From assembly GCA_029786595.1 (NCBI GenBank), contig JAFLXO010000004.1, positions 9,817-73,816 on the forward strand: DNA of 64,000 bases, given 5' to 3'. Below are positions 18,426 through 27,028 of the stretch, in pieces (within the stretch, counting starts at the first letter, position 1; the number at the start of each line of letters is the position of its first letter). The translations under genes were made by a program, and so were the position numbers. Below the pieces are notes generated by a model. It made no database searches. It was not told the origin of the DNA and saw nothing but the letters and a program-made list of their open reading frames with translations. The stretch comes from Nitrososphaerota archaeon. GTDB lineage: Archaea > Thermoproteota > Nitrososphaeria > Conexivisphaerales > UBA164.

Positions 18426-19718
18426 TCAAATTCCCCTCAGGTCCAAACCGACATCGTTAAGACTTTCTTTAGCTTGAGCTATGTTCATCTCTTCCGAGAT
18501 TATTGTGCCGGCCTTTTCTTTTTTATTTAATCTAATTATATTTGTATTCCGTTTTAGGAATTCTATTTCTTCTTTGGAAAGGGTCGTGGGATTAACAACG
18601 CTATCAATTAAGTCAAAACTATGTGTTGTAATGAAAATTTGATGATGCCCCCTTTTAGACAATCTGATCAAGTACTTGAGAAATTCAATTATGTAACCTG
18701 GGTGCATGTGCACCTCTGGCTCCTCAAGCAGGATTACAGACCTTGGAGGAGAACCCGCAAGGGTCGCAAGTAGCGATATCAGGACCCTAAAGCCATCACC
18801 CATAAGGTTTAACGGAATGATTCCGTCTCCCTCTAAGACGATCGAATTAAAGGAAAACCGTTCGAGACCTTGAATTAAATCCGCTTCTTTAATAATTTTC
18901 TGGACCTCATTTGCAACGCTTTCATTTTGTTCCGAGCTTTTCAAGCTCTCAATAGGGTCCTTTATGTAGATCAATCTTTCTCGGTGTCTTTTATAGCTTG
19001 TTTCTTTTCGACGATTCGCACTAAACCCATAAAGCATATATCTGGGAATGATGTCCGAGGTGTGCCTGACTAGATCTTTTACATCTGGGGTTTCTTTGGC
19101 AATTAAACTAAGTATTTCCCGTATTAATTCATCATACACATTCGAATACGGATGGCCTTTAAAATAACCACTATTCCTTCCGTCATACCATCTGAGTGTC
19201 ATTTTAGCGGCATTTTGAATTTTTTCCCTATTGGATTCAACGTCCAATACCTTATTTATATAGCTATCAATTGTTCTATCCTTTAATATTTTTTTAATAG
19301 TTTTTTCCAATTTAGTTGTTTTGTTTAGATCATGTAGTAAAAACAGAAATATAGACCGAGGTAAATGCTGTAATCCATCTTGGAATTCCTTTTTAAATAT
19401 TACTAAGAACTCTTCCAAGTCAATGTGATAAAGTTCCAATTTCTCTTCCTTCGATCTATTATAATGTATTTGTATTATACTGCTGCTGCCCTTGTGATTA
19501 ATTAAATTTGATGGATTACTCTGATAATTTGGTGGAAGTTCATGACTGTCTTGCATTAAATTCAATGCTTCTAATACCGAAGTTTTCCCCGTATTGTTCC
19601 TTCCAACCAATATATTCAATTTGCGCGGATGTATTTCAATAAAATCTATTGCTTTAAAATATTCAATAGTTAATTTATTAATCATCAATCCCCTTTCATG
19701 TAATTGATAAAGTTTCAA
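18426..19718 (-). CDS. ABC/SMC-like ATPase (AAA_15/AAA_21-type, OLD/AriA/AbiL-ATPase-like)
   Basis: Walker A GRNNTGKTSVLEAL, signature-like LMGDGFRVLISLL, Walker B SVILLEEPEVHMHP, and H-loop IFITTHS. Confidence 0.8.
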   Translation of the reverse strand: MKLYQLHERGLMINKLTIEYFKAIDFIEIHPRKLNILVGRNNTGKTSVLEALNLMQDSHELPPNYQSNPSNLINHKGSSSIIQIHYNRSKEEKLELYHIDLEEFLVIFKKEFQDGLQHLPRSIFLFLLHDLNKTTKLEKTIKKILKDRTIDSYINKVLDVESNREKIQNAAKMTLRWYDGRNSGYFKGHPYSNVYDELIREILSLIAKETPDVKDLVRHTSDIIPRYMLYGFSANRRKETSYKRHRERLIYIKDPIESLKSSEQNESVANEVQKIIKEADLIQGLERFSFNSIVLEGDGIIPLNLMGDGFRVLISLLATLAGSPPRSVILLEEPEVHMHPGYIIEFLKYLIRLSKRGHHQIFITTHSFDLIDSVVNPTTLSKEEIEFLKRNTNIIRLNKKEKAGTIISEEMNIAQAKESLNDVGLDLRGI

Positions 19719-20752
19719 CTATTTAAGAATATTGTTTAAGGTAATAGAGTAGACCGCAGGTCTTACCCTGCGGCCCCTCGTCGAACGTAGCGGGCGGATT
19801 TCCCGCACTACGCTCACCAATGATGTTCATAGTGCCACTGTGTAGAGAACGGGTTTAATCCGTATATTGAGGACTGAAATGCCAGCACCTATTATACTCC
19901 TGTATTTTCCTGTATGCTTCTTCTGATGTCACCTTTTGTACATTCTACAGAGGGACAGGTCAACAAGAAGAGAATCTGCATCAGCAAATTGTGAACAGGG
20001 ATGCGATTGTGGGCTTTTTGGAAAAAGCAACCAGCGGCACCGTTTTTCGAAAGCAGGGCAGGAAAATGAAAATTTAATTCATCTATGGTGACTACGCAAT
20101 GGGAAAGGGGGTTACTGCAAAGGAGGCCGGGAAAATGATGAATGACAAGATATTGAAAGTGCTGACCACGTTCGCGAGAAAGGAGCTCGACATAGCCGAC
20201 TGATTTTATGAAATGCTCACCAACAAAAAGATATAAGCAGGGTTGTGCATAAGAAGGGTATGTCGAAGCATTATACTGCAAATAGTAAATCCGGCCGATG
20301 GCATTATGGGCTGCGGCTTTCCGCGTGCCCAAATGGCCTGCTTTAATGGAATTGTTACTTACGTGTCAGTGCTCCTATAAACGATTTCAGGTCTTGGATC
20401 CTTATTTCTATGTCATCCTTTAACGACGGATAAAGGGCCTGCTGGCTTCTAAACTCTTTAATACCCCCTTCCAGCTATGGCGACAAGGATTTTAACCAGG
20501 ACTTCCTCATTGCCATCGGTATATATTCGTTCAATTGCTTTGCATAGGCTAAAACTGGATGGCAAATATGTACCTGTTAAGGAGTTGTACAGCTTCCCCA
20601 ACTTCTCCCTAAAGAAGATTGTTTCGGGAAATAAGTCTGGTCTCTCTACCAGGTTATATATGCCCTCTTCAGAAAATTTTGCCGCTGGTCTAACCCGTTT
20701 TCCGTTGGTGTAGAACTGCCCTCAAACAACAGGAAAAGAAACTCCCTTTTAT

Positions 20753-23014
20753 TTATGTAAAACAAATGCAGTCCCCTTGGTTAAAAATTTTTACCATCTC
20801 ATCCCCCTGCCTGTCAGCATATCCCTTGCCGAGCACGTGGAAAGCGAGAATTCTTACTAAATTGCCTATACCGCTCTTGAATTCCATGTTGAATGCCGTT
20901 GGCGTACCCATGGAATAAACGCCGGGTCGGGGTGCCTCCGGCTTGGTCTCCGGTTTGTTGTCTGGCTGCGATGGCGCCTCCGGCTTGCTTTCCGGTTGCT
21001 GTGTAATCGGTCCTTTCTTGTTGCCCCTGCGTCTTAACGCAAGCGCGGCTCCAGTGATTACGGCCGCCATCACTATCACGATTATGGCTATGTTGGTATA
21101 GTTGTAAGTGTAGTTAACGGTCAGGGAGGCCTGCACGGAATACCCTGTCGCGTCCGTCGCGGTTACGTTCAGCACGTTCTGGCCCATGTTCGCAAGCTGG
21201 TAGGTATAGGTTGCAGACGTGGTGGTGGCCACCTCCTGCCCGTTAAGATACCATGTGTAGGTGTAGGGGGATGTCCCGCCGCTCATCGCCGCATCCAGCA
21301 CAACGATATCGTTGGAATAGAGGAAGCTGCTGGAGCCGAGGGTGTATGTGCCGTTCATGGAGGGGTCCGGGTTCACGGTCAAGGAGATAGTGTTTGAGTT
21401 GACCTGGTAACCAAGGGAATCAGTGAGCCTTGCGGTAATCTGGTAACTGCCAGGGTTGGCAAGGGTGGTGGTGTCCCCGCTCATTAGGTTGCCATCGAGG
21501 TAGTAGGCTATGCTGTAGGGCGGGGTGCCCTGTGAAGTGCTTGCGGAGACCGTTAGCGTCTGCCCTGTATCGTACGCATTGCTCGGCACGGATATGGAGA
21601 TAGTAGGATCAGGATTAACGGTGAAGTATAAGATATTTGAATCAACCTTGTACCCGGTGGAATCGGTAAGTTGCGCATAGACTTGATGAGTTCCGGAGCC
21701 TGATGCCGTAGGTATGCTATTCCCAACGGGCACCCCATCAAGGTAATATGTGATAGTGTATGGGGGAGAGCCCATGGATGTGCTTATGGAAATATCAAGT
21801 GCCTGTCCTGCATCATAAGTTATAACTGGCATCGTAATGGAGATCGTAGGACCAGCGTTGATTGTAAGAAACACGAAGTTTGACAATGTCGCGGTATCTC
21901 CAATTGAATCAACCACCTCGAAAGTAGGGGTATATGTGCCGGCGCCGAGATTGTTGACAGTAAATGCAGAATTATAGTTGGTAGAAGAAGTGGAGGAGCT
22001 AAAAACCATTGTGCCATTCACGTAGATGTAGTAATAATATGGTGGGACGCCTCCGCTAACCACAGAATTAAAAGAATCGCTCAGCGGCATTCCCGCATCG
22101 CCAGTTTCAGAATAAGAATTGATAGTTACGTTCATATAAATAGGCCCGGTTATGAACATATTTGTATCCGCATATTCAGTGGCCCCATTGGACGAATATG
22201 GGTATAGCTGGCTGGTAAGGGATATCGGGTTTGAAGTCGACGTGGAGAAAAGGACCTGCTGGGTATTTGTATTATATTCATCAACCCACAGCCAGGCCGA
22301 AGTGAACTGGAATCCCTGCTCTGAATAGGTGACCTGCTGCTCACTCCCATAATATGGGTTGGTGTGGTACCATTCTGTCATCAGTCCGGTGAAGAAGCCG
22401 TTGGAATTCGAGGTGCTGTACCCGTTCTGGCCCTGGAAGTATGTGGCTCCCTCAGAGCTGAAGGTCTCCGAGGCACTGGCGCCCGTGTTCCAGTCATAGG
22501 CATACATTTTCACCACGCCGGTGGAGTTGTCAAAGTATAAATTGAGGAGCACTAAATCACCGCTGTTGACCGGTCCGGAGAAGCTATCCATGCCGCTTCC
22601 TCCAGCTGTAGGGAAAATTGAGGTGCCACTGGGGTTGAATACTTCATAGTTCATGTCGAAGCCGGCAGTTGGGCCATCCCAATCGTATGATAAGCCAACC
22701 TGATACCAGTAACCGGTATTTGACAACCCGTTTAAAAGATACGCCGGTCCATAGCCGGAACCACTCACTTGAGCTATCGCAGTTACGTTAAACGCGAGCG
22801 ATGTAAAATCCTGGGTAAAGGATTCACCCAACTGTTCATCCCAGTTGGCTGCTGGCGAATTGGCACCCTGTAATCCGGCAACTTCTGCTGATGGCAGCAG
22901 CCCGGCCGGATGAACATTAACAGCGCCGGCCTGGGCATTGGCGTGCGCAAAGGACGGGCTTGCGGCCAGCGGAAGGGTGAGCAACAGTAGGATAAGCCAG
23001 ATCTTATTTAGCAT
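20753..23014 (-). CDS. Secreted, membrane-anchored surface protein: possible acid-protease-like (thermopsin/eqolisin-like) N-domain followed by PKD-like repeats
   Basis: Signal peptide MLNKIWLILLLLTLPLAASPSFAHANA. Four PKD-like modules with GxxPYxYxW/Y motifs (GGVPPYYYYIY, GSPPYTITYY, GTPPYSIAYY, GGTSPYTYTWY). TM segment IAIIVIVMAAVITGAALAL followed by RRRGNKK, then a Pro/Glu/Lys-rich tail. The N-domain call is weak (GYWYQVGL, LMTEWY). Confidence 0.7.
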   Translation of the reverse strand: MLNKIWLILLLLTLPLAASPSFAHANAQAGAVNVHPAGLLPSAEVAGLQGANSPAANWDEQLGESFTQDFTSLAFNVTAIAQVSGSGYGPAYLLNGLSNTGYWYQVGLSYDWDGPTAGFDMNYEVFNPSGTSIFPTAGGSGMDSFSGPVNSGDLVLLNLYFDNSTGVVKMYAYDWNTGASASETFSSEGATYFQGQNGYSTSNSNGFFTGLMTEWYHTNPYYGSEQQVTYSEQGFQFTSAWLWVDEYNTNTQQVLFSTSTSNPISLTSQLYPYSSNGATEYADTNMFITGPIYMNVTINSYSETGDAGMPLSDSFNSVVSGGVPPYYYYIYVNGTMVFSSSTSSTNYNSAFTVNNLGAGTYTPTFEVVDSIGDTATLSNFVFLTINAGPTISITMPVITYDAGQALDISISTSMGSPPYTITYYLDGVPVGNSIPTASGSGTHQVYAQLTDSTGYKVDSNILYFTVNPDPTISISVPSNAYDTGQTLTVSASTSQGTPPYSIAYYLDGNLMSGDTTTLANPGSYQITARLTDSLGYQVNSNTISLTVNPDPSMNGTYTLGSSSFLYSNDIVVLDAAMSGGTSPYTYTWYLNGQEVATTTSATYTYQLANMGQNVLNVTATDATGYSVQASLTVNYTYNYTNIAIIVIVMAAVITGAALALRRRGNKKGPITQQPESKPEAPSQPDNKPETKPEAPRPGVYSMGTPTAFNMEFKSGIGNLVRILAFHVLGKGYADRQGDEMVKIFNQGDCICFT
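21110..22141 (-). repeat. Four tandem PKD/Ig-like coding repeats (about 80-95 aa each) inside the surface protein gene
   Basis: Residues ~292-635. Repeats 2 and 3 align closely (PTISITMPVITYDAGQALDISISTSMGSPPYTITYYLDG versus PTISISVPSNAYDTGQTLTVSASTSQGTPPYSIAYYLDG). Confidence 0.6.
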
Positions 23015-23163
23015 TCCTACATAATATCTTGAATATTATTTAACCATTTAGCAGTCTTTTACATATATTTTAACTACGCACTGTAGTTCGTACAAAACTT
23101 GGGCCAACCTCTGCGAGTCTAATTATTTTTATGCTTAGTTTGCTGATCTTGGCCTGACAAAGA

Positions 23164-23922
23164 TTATCTATCAAGCTGCGGGCTTTGGCCTGATTCTTTA
23201 ATTATAACCTGCTTTCCTTTTTCCGTCAATTCATAATGTTTCTTGAATAAGCCTACTTTCCTTAGATAACCTCTAGCTATTAAATCCTTCAAAATGGAAA
23301 TATTATCAGGATTTATTGTCTTTCTATCTAGCCAACCACTATCCGCTTCTATTAACATATCATATTCTGAAAGTTTAGAAATATCAATACTTGAATTCAA
23401 GATTTTTTGTAGGTTTTTAATTTCGTTTATTAATGGTACCCTTTCATTCGCGGTTCCAACCATAGAAAGACGTTTCTTAGCATAGTTCAGCTTCTTAGTT
23501 ATCATCTCTACATAGTTGGCATTGCCATGATCAGGAGCTAATGGAACGGTTTGTAATTTATCAGTTTCTGATATTAATGTGGCCTGCCGAACCCGATCTT
23601 CTACTTCAGAGATCAGGTCGGCTTCACTTACTTTGGAGTTACCCTCCCACATCGCTACAATTAGATGGGATGCAACCGTTTCAGGCATAACTATAGGATA
23701 TGACCCAAGCTTGGTATTGAACGCCTCTCTCAGAATATTATTTAGACTTGTATGTGATATTTCACATTTAGCGGTGGCCCAAAATCCGTTATTGGTGCTT
23801 GCTAAATAATCCCTTAGCCCACCGCTCACAAAATCGAGACCAATAGAGCGGGGAAAGGGAAGTTCACCCAGCTGGATTTTAACATCTACATCATTTGAGG
23901 ACCGAACATCTGAGGTAAGCAT
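23164..23922 (-). CDS. Hypothetical protein, unknown N-domain plus C-terminal winged helix
   Basis: The C-terminus ISILKDLIARGYLRKVGLFKKHYELTEKGKQVI is MarR-like wHTH. The N-terminal 190 aa are unrecognised. AT-rich gene next to the RM gene. Confidence 0.5.
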   Translation of the reverse strand: MLTSDVRSSNDVDVKIQLGELPFPRSIGLDFVSGGLRDYLASTNNGFWATAKCEISHTSLNNILREAFNTKLGSYPIVMPETVASHLIVAMWEGNSKVSEADLISEVEDRVRQATLISETDKLQTVPLAPDHGNANYVEMITKKLNYAKKRLSMVGTANERVPLINEIKNLQKILNSSIDISKLSEYDMLIEADSGWLDRKTINPDNISILKDLIARGYLRKVGLFKKHYELTEKGKQVIIKESGQSPQLDR

Positions 23923-24187
23923 TGTTCCTCATTTTCAATTGACTATGGGATTTATATACGTATTGACTAAAAGGGTCTTCATTTCAGGCGCGTGCCATTG
24001 AAGGCGATAGGCTGTCCGTATTTGCCGAAAGGCGTATCAAGATGGCAATAAGCCAGATAGTCAAAAGAGAACTCGATCTTGACTCTCATAATGCTTTAAA
24101 ATTCTAGGTATGATAGAATGGTTTATGATAATAAAAAACCGTCAGTAATGGCTTGGCCGCCAGCGGCTCTTTTCATATCAGCTTTAT

Positions 24188-24294
24188 GTTCGTTTTACCA
24201 TTTTCGCATGAAATAAAGATGCCATAAGAAATACGAACAGGTTCGCTTTACTATTTTTACATGAAATATGACGCCTAATTAGAAGTGCGAACAG
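24188..24294. repeat. Two head-to-tail imperfect repeats (53 + 54 bp)
   Basis: Unit 1 is gttcgttttaccattttcgcatgaaataaagatgccataagaaatacgaacag. Unit 2 is gttcgctttactatttttacatgaaatatgacgcctaattagaagtgcgaacag. Each unit starts with gttcg and ends with cgaacag, and the junction forms the palindrome cgaacaggttcg. Confidence 0.6.
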
Positions 24295-24646
24295 TAAATC
24301 AGGGCATTTAGGCATACCCCCCGATTGCCCTTCTTAAGCGCGGATAAACCATGCGCGCCAAGCGTGGGCCAAGGGTAAAGCCGTTCATATTTCTGAAAGA
24401 AAAGCGAACTTTTTTAAGACACATCCCCGGTCTTTTTTGACAGCTCGTTTCATGTGCCAAAATATCGGGGATATTGCACCAATTTAGCCGGATTTAGGGG
24501 TGTTTTAGGATAATTAAGGGCTATTGGCGTGGAATTAGATGTTCCTAAGGATGAGCCAGAACAGCTACCTGATCATGATGCGAATGCCTCCTGCTGTCCG
24601 CTACCTGTTGAAACAGGTGTCGTCACATTGAATGTTGCTCAGAAAG

Positions 24647-27028
24647 TTATTTGAATTGGAGAGATAGTTGTTTTAGTTTATCTTTAATTATTGCCCTCTC
24701 TTTATTTACCGCCTTAACCTCTGACGTTATCTGTGCTATTTCTTTCTCGGTCAGTTTAGGCACCTTGATTGTCATGTATTCATCGTCCGATATTGCTGGT
24801 AAAATTGTTCCTGAGGACTTCCATCGTACCTGATCTAACGTTGTCCTGAGCCTTAATATTACAAATAGAGCTTCTGCGGTCATAGGTGGTCTTGGTTTCA
24901 ATACCACAAAGCCAGATGAGACTATTGCGCCTTCGTATTCTTCTGGTATAATGGCTACATTCTCTTCGCTGTCCTTTACTTTTGCAGCTACTATGTCCCA
25001 TTTATTTACAAGCAACTTGGCTCTTGAAGGAGCTTCTTCTCCGAGCAAATCATAATGGCTTGTTATATCTCCAAGATTGCTCTCTATGTTGCTATACTGA
25101 ATATACTTTATAGCCTTTTTGGGTTCTTTCTTCGGATTGACTATTATTTTTGACTGAACTGCTATGTCCTTTATCTCACAACTTTCTTTCTTAAGTTCAA
25201 AAACGTATTTTGCATGGTAATACGTTGCATCTATTCTATCCTTTACCATATTTTTTCCTATGATGAAACAAGATGGTGTATTGTTCAAAATTTCCATAAC
25301 ATCTGTTTTGCCTTTTAGATTCTCAAAGAACTTGCTCGATTTGTACTCCTTATAGACACTGAGAATTTTAGGTAAGTCATTTTGATCTATTGGCTTTGCC
25401 TCTTTTGTTTTAGTCTCATAACCAACATAGTCGGCTACTGCCATAAATATTGGTTGCTGTTCTTCGTCTTCAGCAATCTTTTTCTTAATGAATAATAAGC
25501 TTGTTTTGCTGTTAGCACCAGACGCCTTGAACGCTCTGTCTGGAAGACTTATTACCGCCTTTATTACTGCCCTGCTTTTTATGAAGTCTCTTACGTAAGT
25601 TAAACGTTCATTGTTTAGTATGCCGTCTGGTAATAGAATAGCAAGCTCGCCACCAGCAGGTTTTAGGAACTTTAAGCACTTCTCAACGAACAGTATCTCT
25701 CGTAGTTGCTCTTTCATTACCTTTTTATCCACTTTACCTAAGTCAAATTGTTCTAAGATTTTACCATGATCCTTATTCCCAAAAGGCGGGTTTGTTATTA
25801 CTAAGTCAAATTTACCTTCAGTTATTTCGTTTATTCCCTCAAGACCGTTTGCTTTGTAAATTTTGCCATGTCCATCTCCATGCAATACCATATTCATTTT
25901 TGCTACCATGACCAACCTTTCGTTAATGTCAATACCGAATATTTGCTCCTTAGAAAGTCTTTCGAGAAGTTCTTTCTGTTTGCTCTCTGGTTGTCTTGCT
26001 ATCTTTTCCTGTATTGCCTTAAAAACCTCTATCAAAAATCCGCCAGAGCCGCAAGCAGGGTCTAATACGAGATATGGATCATTGCGGTTTGATACGGCAG
26101 AGTTAATCTCTGGATCTGCAAATTGAACAGCAAATCTGACTATTGTTCTTGGCGTAAAGAATTGTCCAAGTCCGCCTGTAAATGTTTTACCGAGAAATAT
26201 CTCAAAAGCACGACCTTTTACATCTATATTAGTTCTTATTAGTGTATATCTTTGAAGCAATTCTACGAGTTTTTCTATGCTTTCGTCTTGCAAATTTATG
26301 ACTTCATTGCCTGTGAATATGTCCTTGTTGTTGTCTCTTGCTTCTTTGAATAGGTAATTTCTGACGTATTTAGCACCACCATTAGCTTTTATGCTTTCTA
26401 TTGAGAAGGGGTTTGATTTGCCGTCTAATGCTAACTTCTCAAAATACATCTTACAAAATAAGATTTTACTTATTTCATCAAAAGCATCTGCACCTGTAAG
26501 ACCATCAACATCTCTTATAACGTCTTCGCATTTTAATAAAATTGATGAGAATTCTTTTATTCCTTCAAAAACGAGCAATGTCTTTCTTGCCTCTTCAAGT
26601 CTTTCTTCTGAAATAGTTTCTACAGCTTTGCCTATTTGTCTTGTTAAATTCTCTTTTGATAAAAATGTTGGTAATACAGATACTGGTTTATCCCAGATTA
26701 CTTTCTCTGTCTGCGTCTCGTAGACTTTAATTGTTAAGCCATTTGATAGAACCGAGTAAGGTGCCTTTAAGAGAAGTCCATAGGATATAATTTGCCTTTC
26801 GTAAAGGTTTAAATTTTCAGTTGGGTTTTTGCCATCAACAACAATTACAGAAACCCCATTTATGTTTATTACAATATCTGGATAAACGTATTTGCCTCTA
26901 CCTATTTCTATTGACTTTTGATGTTCTATTTCCCCTTTAACCTTTTCGCTATATCCGAGTTTTTCAAGGATGGGAATTATAATCTTTATGATAACATCCG
27001 TCTCTGAATTATCTTCAAAATTGGTCAT
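24647..27028 (-). CDS. Single-chain restriction-modification enzyme candidate (Type IIG/IIB-like): PD-(D/E)xK nuclease + N6-adenine methyltransferase + one TRD
   Basis: The N-terminal HSDR_N-like fold has YPDIVI...VIVVDGK...RQ (PD...DxK...Q). MTase motif I is VLDPACGSGGFLIE and motif IV is TNPPFGNKD. The C-terminal ~200 aa resemble a Type I S-subunit target-recognition domain ending in a coiled coil. Confidence 0.8.
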   Translation of the reverse strand: MTNFEDNSETDVIIKIIIPILEKLGYSEKVKGEIEHQKSIEIGRGKYVYPDIVININGVSVIVVDGKNPTENLNLYERQIISYGLLLKAPYSVLSNGLTIKVYETQTEKVIWDKPVSVLPTFLSKENLTRQIGKAVETISEERLEEARKTLLVFEGIKEFSSILLKCEDVIRDVDGLTGADAFDEISKILFCKMYFEKLALDGKSNPFSIESIKANGGAKYVRNYLFKEARDNNKDIFTGNEVINLQDESIEKLVELLQRYTLIRTNIDVKGRAFEIFLGKTFTGGLGQFFTPRTIVRFAVQFADPEINSAVSNRNDPYLVLDPACGSGGFLIEVFKAIQEKIARQPESKQKELLERLSKEQIFGIDINERLVMVAKMNMVLHGDGHGKIYKANGLEGINEITEGKFDLVITNPPFGNKDHGKILEQFDLGKVDKKVMKEQLREILFVEKCLKFLKPAGGELAILLPDGILNNERLTYVRDFIKSRAVIKAVISLPDRAFKASGANSKTSLLFIKKKIAEDEEQQPIFMAVADYVGYETKTKEAKPIDQNDLPKILSVYKEYKSSKFFENLKGKTDVMEILNNTPSCFIIGKNMVKDRIDATYYHAKYVFELKKESCEIKDIAVQSKIIVNPKKEPKKAIKYIQYSNIESNLGDITSHYDLLGEEAPSRAKLLVNKWDIVAAKVKDSEENVAIIPEEYEGAIVSSGFVVLKPRPPMTAEALFVILRLRTTLDQVRWKSSGTILPAISDDEYMTIKVPKLTEKEIAQITSEVKAVNKERAIIKDKLKQLSLQFK

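Noticed and set aside
19892-20332. 146-aa minus-strand ORF as a real gene
   Set aside because: Its composition is odd (His/Cys/Phe-rich with no motifs), it has no start context, and it lies in a region where other frames show interrupted protein-like stretches. I treat it as a chance ORF over decayed sequence.
24188-24294. Possible CRISPR-like array
   Set aside because: There are only two directly abutting imperfect units with no spacers, and no cas genes in the window. No other regularly spaced repeat array was seen anywhere.
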